The position numbers and the translations under genes were made by a program. A DNA stretch of 64,000 nt from Diplonema japonicum. Its lineage: Eukaryota; Protista; Euglenozoa: Diplonemea. Location: NCBI GenBank assembly GCA_964019335.1, contig OZ025692.1, forward strand, positions 62,001 through 126,000. The letters are read 5' to 3'. The stretch's first letter is position 1, and the number at the start of each line of letters is the position of its first letter. Below the pieces are notes generated by a model. The model was not told the origin of the DNA. It worked only from the letters and a program-made list of their open reading frames with translations, and did not search any database. This document shows, piece by piece, positions 55,155 through 64,000 of the stretch.

Positions 55155-58100
55155 TTATATTCTTCGGGAGGGGGATATTCTGTTTGATTGTTGCGCGTTG
55201 CGAAGCGCGGCTTGCTGTGCCTGCTGGAAAGGGCCTGCTGCAGTGACTTGGGAGCTGTGAGTCGATTCGTGTCGGGGGAACTGGTGCCCACGTGCAAGCG
55301 TTGCAAAATCATTCTTCAAAGAAGAGCAAACCATGGCGCATTCCTCCTTTGTGACCTCTTGCTGTGCCGCGACAGCAACAAGGCCACTCTGCAGCCTCTG
55401 CACAGCCGCTGACAAGTCCCCGTCACTCTCCTTTGCACATTCCTTCCTCAAAGCACTAATACTGCTTAGTATCCCCTTCAGGTCAGGCATAGCCTTCTCC
55501 ACCGATGCAACCCTTGGGATCACCTGCTCTTCTACTACCTTCACCAGCGGATATATCATGTCCTCCAGTGCCTTCATCTTTGGTGGCATCTCATGCAGGG
55601 GAATCACTTTCTTTTCTATGCTCTTGACCTTCGGTATAAGTTTTTGCAGGCCTGGAACTGCATCCTCGACTCCCTTCAATCGCGGCATCAGCGACTCCTC
55701 CACTGCTTTCAACCTCGAGTCCAACGCGTGGTCCTCGATCACCTTGATCCTTGGTATCACATGTTCCTCTACCGACGCCACCCACGGCATTAGTTGTTCC
55801 TCCATGGACTTCACCCACGGTGTCATCGTCTGTTCCACGCTGGTCATCCTTGTTGACAGCATCTGCTCTACCTCTGATACGCGCTCTGGAAGGTCTGTTT
55901 CAACATGGCTCACCTTCTGCTCTACGCCAGCTAGCTTCTGTTGCTCCTGTTGCAAAGCACGCACCGACTCCTCAATGTCTTGGATCTTCTGAGGCATCAC
56001 CGCAGACACACTGTCCACTGCCCTTACCCTGTCTTCGAGCATTGACATGCGGGGGTCGATGGAGTGCTCCACAGTACTCATCTTGTTCTGGAAGCTCTCT
56101 TCAATATTACGCATTGCACTCTCAACGGCCTGCAGTCTAGGAGCACTGTCCTGCTGTGCTATGTTCATTAAGGTCTCCTCCACGGCCTGCAGTCTGGGGG
56201 CACTGTGCTGTTGTGCAATGGTTCGCACAGCTTCCTCCACGGCCTGTAACCTAGGTATGCTATCTTGTTGCGAGATATTCCTCACCGCCTCTTCCACCGC
56301 GTACAGCCTGGGGGCGCTGTCTTGCTGTGTGATGTTCCGCAGTTTGTCCTCAACTACGGAGATGCGTGGAATCATGTCATCTGATACCAGAACACCGCGG
56401 GCCATCTTTTCTTCGATGTACTGGACTGCTTCTTGCACAGATCTCATCTCCGGCTGCGAGACATGCCCACGCATCTGGTCCTCAACAGCTGAAATGCGCG
56501 ACGTGAGCTGGTCGGCAAGGACACCGAGCGAGTTCGGCAGGATTGTCTCCTCAATGTGAGACGTCCTTCTGCTCACCTGCTCTTCGACGGACTTGAGCTT
56601 GGGGAGGTCATCTTCTACCCTAGACATTCTCCTGTCCACATCCCTCGCCAGTTGTGGAAGGGAGTCATCTGCTACCTTGCTTATAGATATCTCCACTGCC
56701 TGCAAGCGCGGTAGCAGCCTGTCCTCAAGTATCGACAAATGCGACACCACCTGGTCGTCTATTGTGCGCGTGCTCATGTGGTTTTCGTAGTTCTTGAAGG
56801 AGTTCTCCTCCAAATGCTGAACGCGGGGAAGGATCCGCTCCTCAAGCCCAAGCAGCTTCTGCCCCAGATGATCTTCAGATTGACGGATCTTCGGCAGCAG
56901 CTGCGACTCCACAGACCTGAGCTTCGGTCCAACGCTGTCCTCAACTGCTTTGATCTTTGAGCGCACTGCCTCTTCATTCGCCTTCATAGCCGGTAGCTGC
57001 GACTCAAAGAAAAGCTTGATGCGCGGCACTTCTGTCTCAACTTCCTTGATGCGCGGCACAAGCCTCTCCTCGACGGACGTCACGCGCTGCAGCATCTGCT
57101 CTTCAACAGCCTTGATCCTCGGCACAATCTGGTCTTCCATTGCAGCAAGTCTCGGGAGCTGGTCTTCCATGTTCAGGATCTTGGGTATGTTGTTTTCTAA
57201 AGCGATGATCCTTGGCAGCAGTGTCTCCTCCACGGCCTTGACACGAGGCAGAAGACGGTCATCTACTGTACTCAGTTTTACAGTGTTTCTGTCAAGCTCT
57301 TCTACCCTCTTCTGCAGCTGGAAACATGTAGACAGAGAGGCGTCTAAGTTGTCTAGGCGTGCTGCAATCGTGGCAGCGTTGATCTTTGAGTTCGATGCCT
57401 GGTCAAGGCGCTGCGTCACTCTGCGCTCGACCTCACCAACCTGGCGCTCGACATCTTCGACCTTCGACGACAGAGGCTGCACGCCCTCCGAAACGTATCG
57501 TGTGACCTCCCGCTCCAGTTTGGCAACAGCGGTGGCTTCCTCAACAGTTTCCATTCTGGCTGAAAGAACGCTTAGCATCCCCTTTGTGTCAGCCAGATCG
57601 TCAAGCCTCCTTTTGATGTCCTGTTGCACGGGTGCCGACTCCAGTGCAACTAGCCTCTGTATGACAGACTTGTGTGCGGATTGCACCTCCGATATTTTCG
57701 AGGTCTGTACTTCGAACGTATCCAGGCGGCGCTTCATATTGGCGGCAGAGGCTGACATCTCCATCGAATCGAATCTTCCTGCGATGGTCGACGCGTTCGA
57801 CTGGTTGTCCACAATCTCGTCGATCCTTCTGTTCAGGTTCCTCTCCAGCTCTGCAACCTTCGGGGCCGCTTCTATGCTTGCTACCCTGCTGGCTATGTCG
57901 CCAAGTTCTTTCCCTAAAGTCACTTTCACCTGCATTTCCTGCTCCATCTGTGCAATTCTGTTGTTCAACACCTGCAAGTCCTTAGGGGCCACTGTCTCTG
58001 CGGGGCGTGATGGTGGAGGCGGCGGCGGCTGCCACACGGAACTCATCTCTAACCCTTGCACCCGCTCCTCAAGGGTGGAGATGCTCTTGATTGCTTCAGG

Positions 58101-61100
58101 ATTGCCAGTAACGGTCGCACACGCGCTCTTCTCTTGCAAGTCACAGACTGCCGATTCCAGTTCTGTCATTTTTTGAGTCTGCGTTCCCATCATGGAGCTC
58201 AGCTGGCTCTTGATCTGATTGGGCAACTGCAATTGCACTACGCTCTTCAACTGTGAAGGGAGCTGCGACTGCAAGTGCGTCTGGATCTGCGAAGGTAGCT
58301 GACTCCGCAGCTGGCTTTGCACGTTACTCTGCGCTTGCGACGCGACCTGGCTTTTGATCTGGCTCTGTAAATAACTCGTGACTTGAGAGAGCTGACTCTG
58401 GATGGCCTCAGGTATCTGTGACTGGAGCTGGGTTTCCACCTCCGTTTGGACGTGAGAAGGAAGTTGGGTCTGCAATTGGCTATGCACAGCCGACTGTACT
58501 TGCGTTGGGAGCTGGCTCTGCAACTCTGTCTGTACCTGAGTCTGCACAGTGCTCTCCATGCGGTCGGGGTCATGGAAACTACTTTCCTGCTGCTGCGGCT
58601 GGACAGGCTGACTATGCTCTGCACGTATTTGGCTCTTGATCTGTGAGGGGAGCTGGCTCTGCAATTGGCCGTGCACCAAACTTGCCACTTGCGTTGGTAG
58701 CTGGTTCTCAAGCTGCGTGTGTACCTGCGACGGCAGCTGACTCTGCAGCTGAAGTTTAACTTGACTCTGCACCTCCGCAGGCACTAAATTCTGAACTTGG
58801 CTTTTGACCTGCCCTGGTAACTGACTCTGTAACACCGAAATTTCCTCAGAAGGCAGCTGGCTCTGCTGCAGCTGGCTGACTTGACTCTGCAAGAGACCGA
58901 ACTGCGAGATGCTCGGGTGCATGCTGACTGATTTCTGTACCAGGCCAGGTACTTCTAGCTCTACTTGGTTTTGCACTTGGCTTCTGATGACACTCTGGAG
59001 CTCTCCTTGGATCTGACCCTGAATCTGGCTAACATGCCCCTGGATAGCAGACTGGAGCTGACTTTGAACCTGACTCTGGATTTGACTGGGCAGCTTACTC
59101 TCCAAGTTTACCACCTGATTCTTGAGATCGCTAGTATCAGTTTCCTGGTGTGGTACACTGGCACGGCTCTGCATTGGTGTGAATTGCGCACTGGTGTATT
59201 TCTGCACTTGTGAAGGTATTTCAAGCAATATTTGTCCTTGGAGCTCGCCCTTAAGCTGGTTTTGAAGTTGGCCCTGTATTTCGCTTTTCAGCTTTGGCAC
59301 CATGCTCTGCAGCTGACTCTGAATCTGGCTGGGGAGAGCACCCTGTACCTGACTCTGAATCTGTCCAGGCAACGTGTTTTGAAGTTGGTTGATCTGGCTT
59401 TGCATTTGACTCTCGCGATCGACGTTGCTAGGTGGGCTTTGCATGGCAATGTTAGGGTGGGTGTTCACCGACTTCATGACCTGAACAGGTACTTCCGACG
59501 CAACTTGCTGTTGTACCTGTTGCTGCACTTGCTCGCGGATTTCATGTTGAAGCTCATGTTGTAGCAGCCGCACTTGGGTTTGGACCTGAGAAGGAATGTC
59601 GTGCTGAATCTCGTTTTGAAGCTGCCTTACGTGACTTTGAACCTGAGAAGGAATCTCATGCTGAATTTCATTTTGAAGCTGCCGCACTTGGCTTTGAACT
59701 TGCGAGGGGATGGCTGTCTGGATAGTCTGCATTGTGCTCTGCAGCTGCTCCTCTGCCATGTTCATTGTTCGGCTTTGTGCTGGTGTAAGAGGTGAAGCAG
59801 GTGGGGCATGCATGCTCACAGACTTCTGCACATGGCTAGGTAATTCCAAGTTGATCTGGTCGCGGAGATCCGAACGCACATCGTTCTTCATCTGCCGCAG
59901 CTTGTCCTGCATCGAGAGCTCCAGCTGCTGGAACTTGTTCCTCATCTCTAGCTCGTCCTGCATCTTGCTTGTCTGTGGAACAAAACTCTGAAGCCCCATC
60001 TGCGAAACTGTGTGAATAGACCGCTCCATCTCAGTCATTCTGCTGTTCAGTTGGTTCTGCATCTCGTTCTTCAGTTGCTGCACCTCGCTCCTCATCTGCT
60101 GGAGCTGGCCGGGAATCTGCTGCTGTTTGTCGAGTTGACCCTGCATTATTTCCACCTGACCTTGCAGGCTACCCTCATTTGTCTGCCTGCTGGGCATGGG
60201 GCTAAACTCATGCAGTTCCATGTTCATGTTAGACTGCTGCATTTGTTGAGCAACTTCTGCTGTTATTTCGCTTCTCAGCTGGCTTTTGATATGTTCCACC
60301 TGGCCGGGAAGGGTAGACCCGATCTGTCGCTCGACTTCGCTGGTGACGTTTGCGCTTATCTGCTCTGCAACCTGCTGCCCGTCAAGAATGCTCTGGGTAG
60401 CGGTCACAGCAGCGGCCTCCAACTCCTGTTTGCTTGCAATACTCGAGTTGGGGGTGACGCCTGGGGACCTGCTCGGGTGGCTTGCCATCAGCATGCTAGG
60501 GTTGGCCGACAGTTGGTTGGTCACTTCATGTCTCACCATGGGGGGCACTTGGTTGTTGATTTCACTCTGGACTTTGCTCACTACCAACACAGGAATGTCT
60601 GAAGCTAGTACACCCTCGAGCTGGTTCTGAACCATTAAAGGTAACTGCGTGCTGATCTGCGACTTCACCTCCTGCGGCAGCGCAGTCGATATCCTATGTT
60701 CGATTTCATTCACAGACTGCTGGCTGGGCATGGTTGTAACAGAGGTCTGTATGCTCCTTAGCATTGCCGTGTTCCGACTTATCATTTCGACTTCTTGTTC
60801 CAGGTTTTTAATCTTTTCTATCTGGGGCTGAACGTGTTCGGAGACCACCTGTTCTACTGGCTTTTCGTCTCGGTTCGACGGCGAAGCAGCTTCGAGACCT
60901 GTAACGCAAAGATCGATCTTGTCTCGAAGGTCGTTGGTTTTCTTCAGCTCCTGTTCCATCACCATTTCAAGATTTGACAAGCGTTGGCTGATTGCAGCTT
61001 CCTTCTCACTCTCCTCGCTTTCTGGCCATGCTGCCGACCCGCGGATCTCAGCGGGATTGGTATCCCAACTAATAACTGACCCTTTCCTGCTTCGTGAAGG

Positions 61101-61574
61101 TTTCCCCACACTCCTGCTCTGGGTTGGGCTTTTACTGGGCTGGACGACAGGGTCGGCAGTCCTGCCCAGAGCTTCTTCAATCAGCCTGCTGACTTGCGAC
61201 AGCATGTCATCCCTAAACCGGTCAAACAAATTACCTGCGGCCTCTTCAGCGCACACGACGGCCCGTGATACTTCCCTCTCTATCTTGTGGATCTGCCCCT
61301 TCAGTATCCCAATCTCTTCGTTCTTCTCTCTTGACCCAAACGTCATTGCCTCCACAGCATCGATCCGTGCATGTAGCAATGCGATATCCCCATGGTCGTC
61401 ATGCCTCACGAGCGGCTCCCGCTTTCTCACGGGTGATATGTTCCGCAAGCTTCCTGCTCCAGATATTGACCCCCCTTGCCTGCTGGCCCATATATCGATC
61501 GCCTTCATCCTCCCGGTACTCCCGGGTACAGAACCAGGTCCCTGACCACCCGTCCCCATCCCCCATCGTTCCAT
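55155..61574 (-). CDS. 2139-aa Gln-rich repetitive coiled-coil protein
   Basis: Uninterrupted ORF with LPSQ[IV]QSQ repeats, Pro-punctuated PR[IL]xAVEE 11-mers and four 18-aa QQDSAPRLQAVEE repeats. Confidence 0.85.
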   Translation of the reverse strand: MERWGMGTGGQGPGSVPGSTGRMKAIDIWASRQGGSISGAGSLRNISPVRKREPLVRHDDHGDIALLHARIDAVEAMTFGSREKNEEIGILKGQIHKIEREVSRAVVCAEEAAGNLFDRFRDDMLSQVSRLIEEALGRTADPVVQPSKSPTQSRSVGKPSRSRKGSVISWDTNPAEIRGSAAWPESEESEKEAAISQRLSNLEMVMEQELKKTNDLRDKIDLCVTGLEAASPSNRDEKPVEQVVSEHVQPQIEKIKNLEQEVEMISRNTAMLRSIQTSVTTMPSQQSVNEIEHRISTALPQEVKSQISTQLPLMVQNQLEGVLASDIPVLVVSKVQSEINNQVPPMVRHEVTNQLSANPSMLMASHPSRSPGVTPNSSIASKQELEAAAVTATQSILDGQQVAEQISANVTSEVERQIGSTLPGQVEHIKSQLRSEITAEVAQQMQQSNMNMELHEFSPMPSRQTNEGSLQGQVEIMQGQLDKQQQIPGQLQQMRSEVQQLKNEMQNQLNSRMTEMERSIHTVSQMGLQSFVPQTSKMQDELEMRNKFQQLELSMQDKLRQMKNDVRSDLRDQINLELPSHVQKSVSMHAPPASPLTPAQSRTMNMAEEQLQSTMQTIQTAIPSQVQSQVRQLQNEIQHEIPSQVQSHVRQLQNEIQHDIPSQVQTQVRLLQHELQHEIREQVQQQVQQQVASEVPVQVMKSVNTHPNIAMQSPPSNVDRESQMQSQINQLQNTLPGQIQSQVQGALPSQIQSQLQSMVPKLKSEIQGQLQNQLKGELQGQILLEIPSQVQKYTSAQFTPMQSRASVPHQETDTSDLKNQVVNLESKLPSQIQSQVQSQLQSAIQGHVSQIQGQIQGELQSVIRSQVQNQVELEVPGLVQKSVSMHPSISQFGLLQSQVSQLQQSQLPSEEISVLQSQLPGQVKSQVQNLVPAEVQSQVKLQLQSQLPSQVHTQLENQLPTQVASLVHGQLQSQLPSQIKSQIRAEHSQPVQPQQQESSFHDPDRMESTVQTQVQTELQSQLPTQVQSAVHSQLQTQLPSHVQTEVETQLQSQIPEAIQSQLSQVTSYLQSQIKSQVASQAQSNVQSQLRSQLPSQIQTHLQSQLPSQLKSVVQLQLPNQIKSQLSSMMGTQTQKMTELESAVCDLQEKSACATVTGNPEAIKSISTLEERVQGLEMSSVWQPPPPPPSRPAETVAPKDLQVLNNRIAQMEQEMQVKVTLGKELGDIASRVASIEAAPKVAELERNLNRRIDEIVDNQSNASTIAGRFDSMEMSASAANMKRRLDTFEVQTSKISEVQSAHKSVIQRLVALESAPVQQDIKRRLDDLADTKGMLSVLSARMETVEEATAVAKLEREVTRYVSEGVQPLSSKVEDVERQVGEVERRVTQRLDQASNSKINAATIAARLDNLDASLSTCFQLQKRVEELDRNTVKLSTVDDRLLPRVKAVEETLLPRIIALENNIPKILNMEDQLPRLAAMEDQIVPRIKAVEEQMLQRVTSVEERLVPRIKEVETEVPRIKLFFESQLPAMKANEEAVRSKIKAVEDSVGPKLRSVESQLLPKIRQSEDHLGQKLLGLEERILPRVQHLEENSFKNYENHMSTRTIDDQVVSHLSILEDRLLPRLQAVEISISKVADDSLPQLARDVDRRMSRVEDDLPKLKSVEEQVSRRTSHIEETILPNSLGVLADQLTSRISAVEDQMRGHVSQPEMRSVQEAVQYIEEKMARGVLVSDDMIPRISVVEDKLRNITQQDSAPRLYAVEEAVRNISQQDSIPRLQAVEEAVRTIAQQHSAPRLQAVEETLMNIAQQDSAPRLQAVESAMRNIEESFQNKMSTVEHSIDPRMSMLEDRVRAVDSVSAVMPQKIQDIEESVRALQQEQQKLAGVEQKVSHVETDLPERVSEVEQMLSTRMTSVEQTMTPWVKSMEEQLMPWVASVEEHVIPRIKVIEDHALDSRLKAVEESLMPRLKGVEDAVPGLQKLIPKVKSIEKKVIPLHEMPPKMKALEDMIYPLVKVVEEQVIPRVASVEKAMPDLKGILSSISALRKECAKESDGDLSAAVQRLQSGLVAVAAQQEVTKEECAMVCSSLKNDFATLARGHQFPRHESTHSSQVTAAGPFQQAQQAALRNAQQSNRISPSRRI

Positions 61575-61660
61575 TTATCCGGCCTCCTGTGGTGAGTTGG
61601 TAAAGGTAGATATGTGATATGCTGCTGGATAAATAAAAGCTCTTACAACAGTACACTATC

Positions 61661-63254
61661 CTATGTTTCATTGTGTTTCCGCTTAGGGGCCTCCCATGAC
61701 CATTTTTGACGTACGCATTCGCCCGTTGTATCCCACTTGAAATGCCGCTGTTCCGAGTCGCCGAGTGCCCTGACCTTCTCTTGGAATTCGTCATACTGCG
61801 TCTGGTTGAGGATGGCCCGGAACCTCACGTCCATCCCGCTGCCCTTTATATAGGGAAGCCTGTCGGGCTGCATTCTTGAGGGGAACACCATGTCGACCTC
61901 GCCCCAATCCTCCCAGTTGACCTTGTCCAAGAAGAAGGTCGCAGGGCACACTCTTGAAGCATCGACACGGTAGACGTTCCCAAATATGATATGTGTGTCG
62001 ATGTGGTTGTGGACACCGGGGTGAGAACACTTGGGGCACTTCAGCCATAAAGTGTGCGCCCACTCAGAGCTGTTGTCTGACGCGATGTATATGGTGCCCT
62101 TTCGCTTCAACAATGAGGCTGCGACGGCGCGGATCTCCTTCTTGATAAGTGTGCGCATTTGTTTCAGCTTGTCCTTTGGATGCCTTGGAGTGAACTCCTT
62201 GAACGCCGTCGTCGTCATAAGCCGCTCGCGGAACTCGGCAACATTGATGGTGATGTTTCTGCTCAACGAACCATCCATGCAATACTTGCTAATCGCGTCA
62301 TCAAGAAGGTCGTAACACCACTGAACGGCGAAGGGGTCTTTGAGATAGCTTTCCCTCGCATTCGAGTAGGATGCCATGGCCTTGCCCTGAAGTGCACTGT
62401 CCATCGCTGCTTTTGTCATACAACCACCGTTTTTGTGCAGTTCGCTGTTCCAGTCCATGCACACCAACGCACGATGGGCTTCTTGTAGAGATTTGTCGAA
62501 CAGCAATGCAACACTAGGGGGGTTCGGGTCGCTGAACAGGGGGATCTGCACGGTCACTGAGTATTCGTTTGACGCTTTGTTGGGGTCGTTGAGCATCCTC
62601 TTAGTGAAGACGGATGTAAATGATTCCTCCGGGTTCTTTGTATCAATGCGTCTGCTGTTAAGGTTGGTGACACGGGAACCTGAACACAGCATTGTGCAGT
62701 CACCGTCAGCAGAAGGGACTTGTTGTTGGAGCTTCACAAGCGCACAACCTTCCTCGAGCTCGCTGACGACAACACCAGTGTGCTTGACGAAGTGCATTTC
62801 TATGCCAAGGTTGCATGTTAAAGGTATTTTAGGTATCAACACCTCGGACGCATAGAAAGTTAAGCGAACATCGATCGGCACAAGTGCAACCACAGCCCTC
62901 ATGAGGTCGTTGATATGCGGCTCAACAAGCCCACCGCATGCAACCTCTTTCCCTTGGTATCCGAGCGTGTATAAGATCGGCCTTGCCTTGATGAACTGTT
63001 CTGTGTTTACGCCCATTTCCTCTAATTTGTCCTTCACCAAGCTCCCAGTTGACCCGAATCGTACAGTGCCCCTCCCGTCATACAGAGGCACGATCCCAAG
63101 CTTCTTTCGTGTTTCCGTGAAGCGTACAGATATCTGTTGCGGTGCTTTCCCCCGCCCTTTTATCTTCTCATACCGAAATACAGTATCTGTGGTCCAATGC
63201 AATGCTTTTGCATTCTAACTCCTTTCTGATTGCAACAGGCAGCTCGCCTGCCAT
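61661..63254 (-). CDS. Hypothetical protein (2 exons)
   Basis: Exon 1 (63254-63174, MAGELPVAIRKELECKSIALDHRYCIS) joins the long ORF in frame via a 40-nt GTATG..ACAG intron at 63134-63173, supplying an ATG start. Confidence 0.75.
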
Positions 63255-63398
63255 TGTTAATATCTGGAAGATTGAGTTTAAAAAAAAAAAAAGAGTAGAA
63301 GGGGGGGAAAAACGCATGGAAACAAAAAAAAAAAAGAAAAAACTCTGTTCGGACTTTTTTTAAGGGATGATTCCCCCTCCCTCTCTCCCCTTTCTTGT

Positions 63399-64000
63399 CT
63401 ACCGCGAGAAGGCGTGCAACGGCTTCTGTCTCTCTTTCCCCCCGTCTTTACCTTCTCCAAAGCGAGCGTTACGGGAACGCTGCACCTGCTGTTGTACCTC
63501 ATTGGTGACTTTGCTGAGGAAGGTTTCCTGTGGTGATAAAATATAGTGATACTGTTTTATACCGCAGGTGGAGCAGCTTGCTCTGTGATGTAGGTGTCTT
63601 GTTGGGACGTTGCTGCAGGCAGTTCGACAGCTGCCTCTGAGGGCGTCATGGCTAACGGGTCTTCCGAAGCTTCCTCCCATGTGGCCTCAGGAGTGTCTGA
63701 CGAACTGGGTTCTTCCACGGGGTAGGAGGCAGGACCCCAATGGATGTCACGGGAGAGCTGCTGTTGCGATGTGATATTACGCTGTTTGCCAGCTGCAAAG
63801 GCGACAAAAGTAGAGTCGTCTTCCAAGGATGGCTGTTCATAGTCGTCTGCGCCCTGATGCCCGCAGCTGCTGTCCTTCACTTCTTGTACTGCGTTTCGTA
63901 TCCGCTGTTCGATCGACATTTCCATCGTTTTCACCTCTGTCACCGCATCTGCCGTCAACGCGTTCTCCCTGCTGTCACCGCCGGTCACCATCATCACCTC
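63399..64000 (-). CDS. Hypothetical protein, 3' part (starts beyond the window)
   Basis: ORF 63557-63997 joins the frame of ORF 63399-63680 via a 35-nt GTATA..ACAG intron at 63528-63562. Confidence 0.6.

Noticed and set aside
4739-62855. Long plus-strand ORFs (e.g. 5622-6611, 56950-58176, 50992-51669)
   Set aside because: They are antisense shadows of well-supported minus-strand genes.
1-64000. CRISPR array, rRNA, SL RNA gene, telomeric repeats, prokaryotic operon signals
   Set aside because: None seen. The tandem repeats present are coding repeats or microsatellites without unique spacers.

Overview
Eukaryotic (protist) nuclear DNA, most consistent with a euglenozoan and probably a diplonemid. 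This assignment is inferred from the single-strand gene cluster, Thr-rich TLTLPT and APDT surface repeats, GKG repeats and PPR-like protein. All 26 protein genes I can support lie on the minus strand. They form tight blocks (spacers down to 41-64 nt) that alternate with multi-kb homopolymer-rich spacers carrying transposon debris. Many apparently broken ORFs are joined by very small spliceosomal introns. I reconstructed 22 by hand: 16 are 32-40 nt, 19 start GTATG, 19 end CAG, and most lack a polypyrimidine tract. Recognisable genes: acyl-CoA thioesterase, ARM-repeat protein, MIB/HERC2-Ubl protein, PHO80-type cyclin, sphingolipid delta-4 desaturase, two BAG proteins, PPR-like protein, GT37-like fucosyltransferase, three mosaic subtilisin-CUB-TM proteases, a UEV-UEV-RING fusion, SEC31, a CFAP157-like protein, a cyclic-nucleotide-binding channel, a methyltransferase and a 2139-aa repeat protein. 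Mobile DNA: a decayed piggyBac (TTAA TSD, 13-bp TIRs, transposase remnants), a Crypton-like tyrosine-recombinase relic with a GCGAAGC-capped hairpin and an internal tRNA-like Pol III cassette, two MITE-like families, and a dispersed repeat found twice just downstream of stop codons. All splice models and family calls come from reading the sequence; no searches were run.
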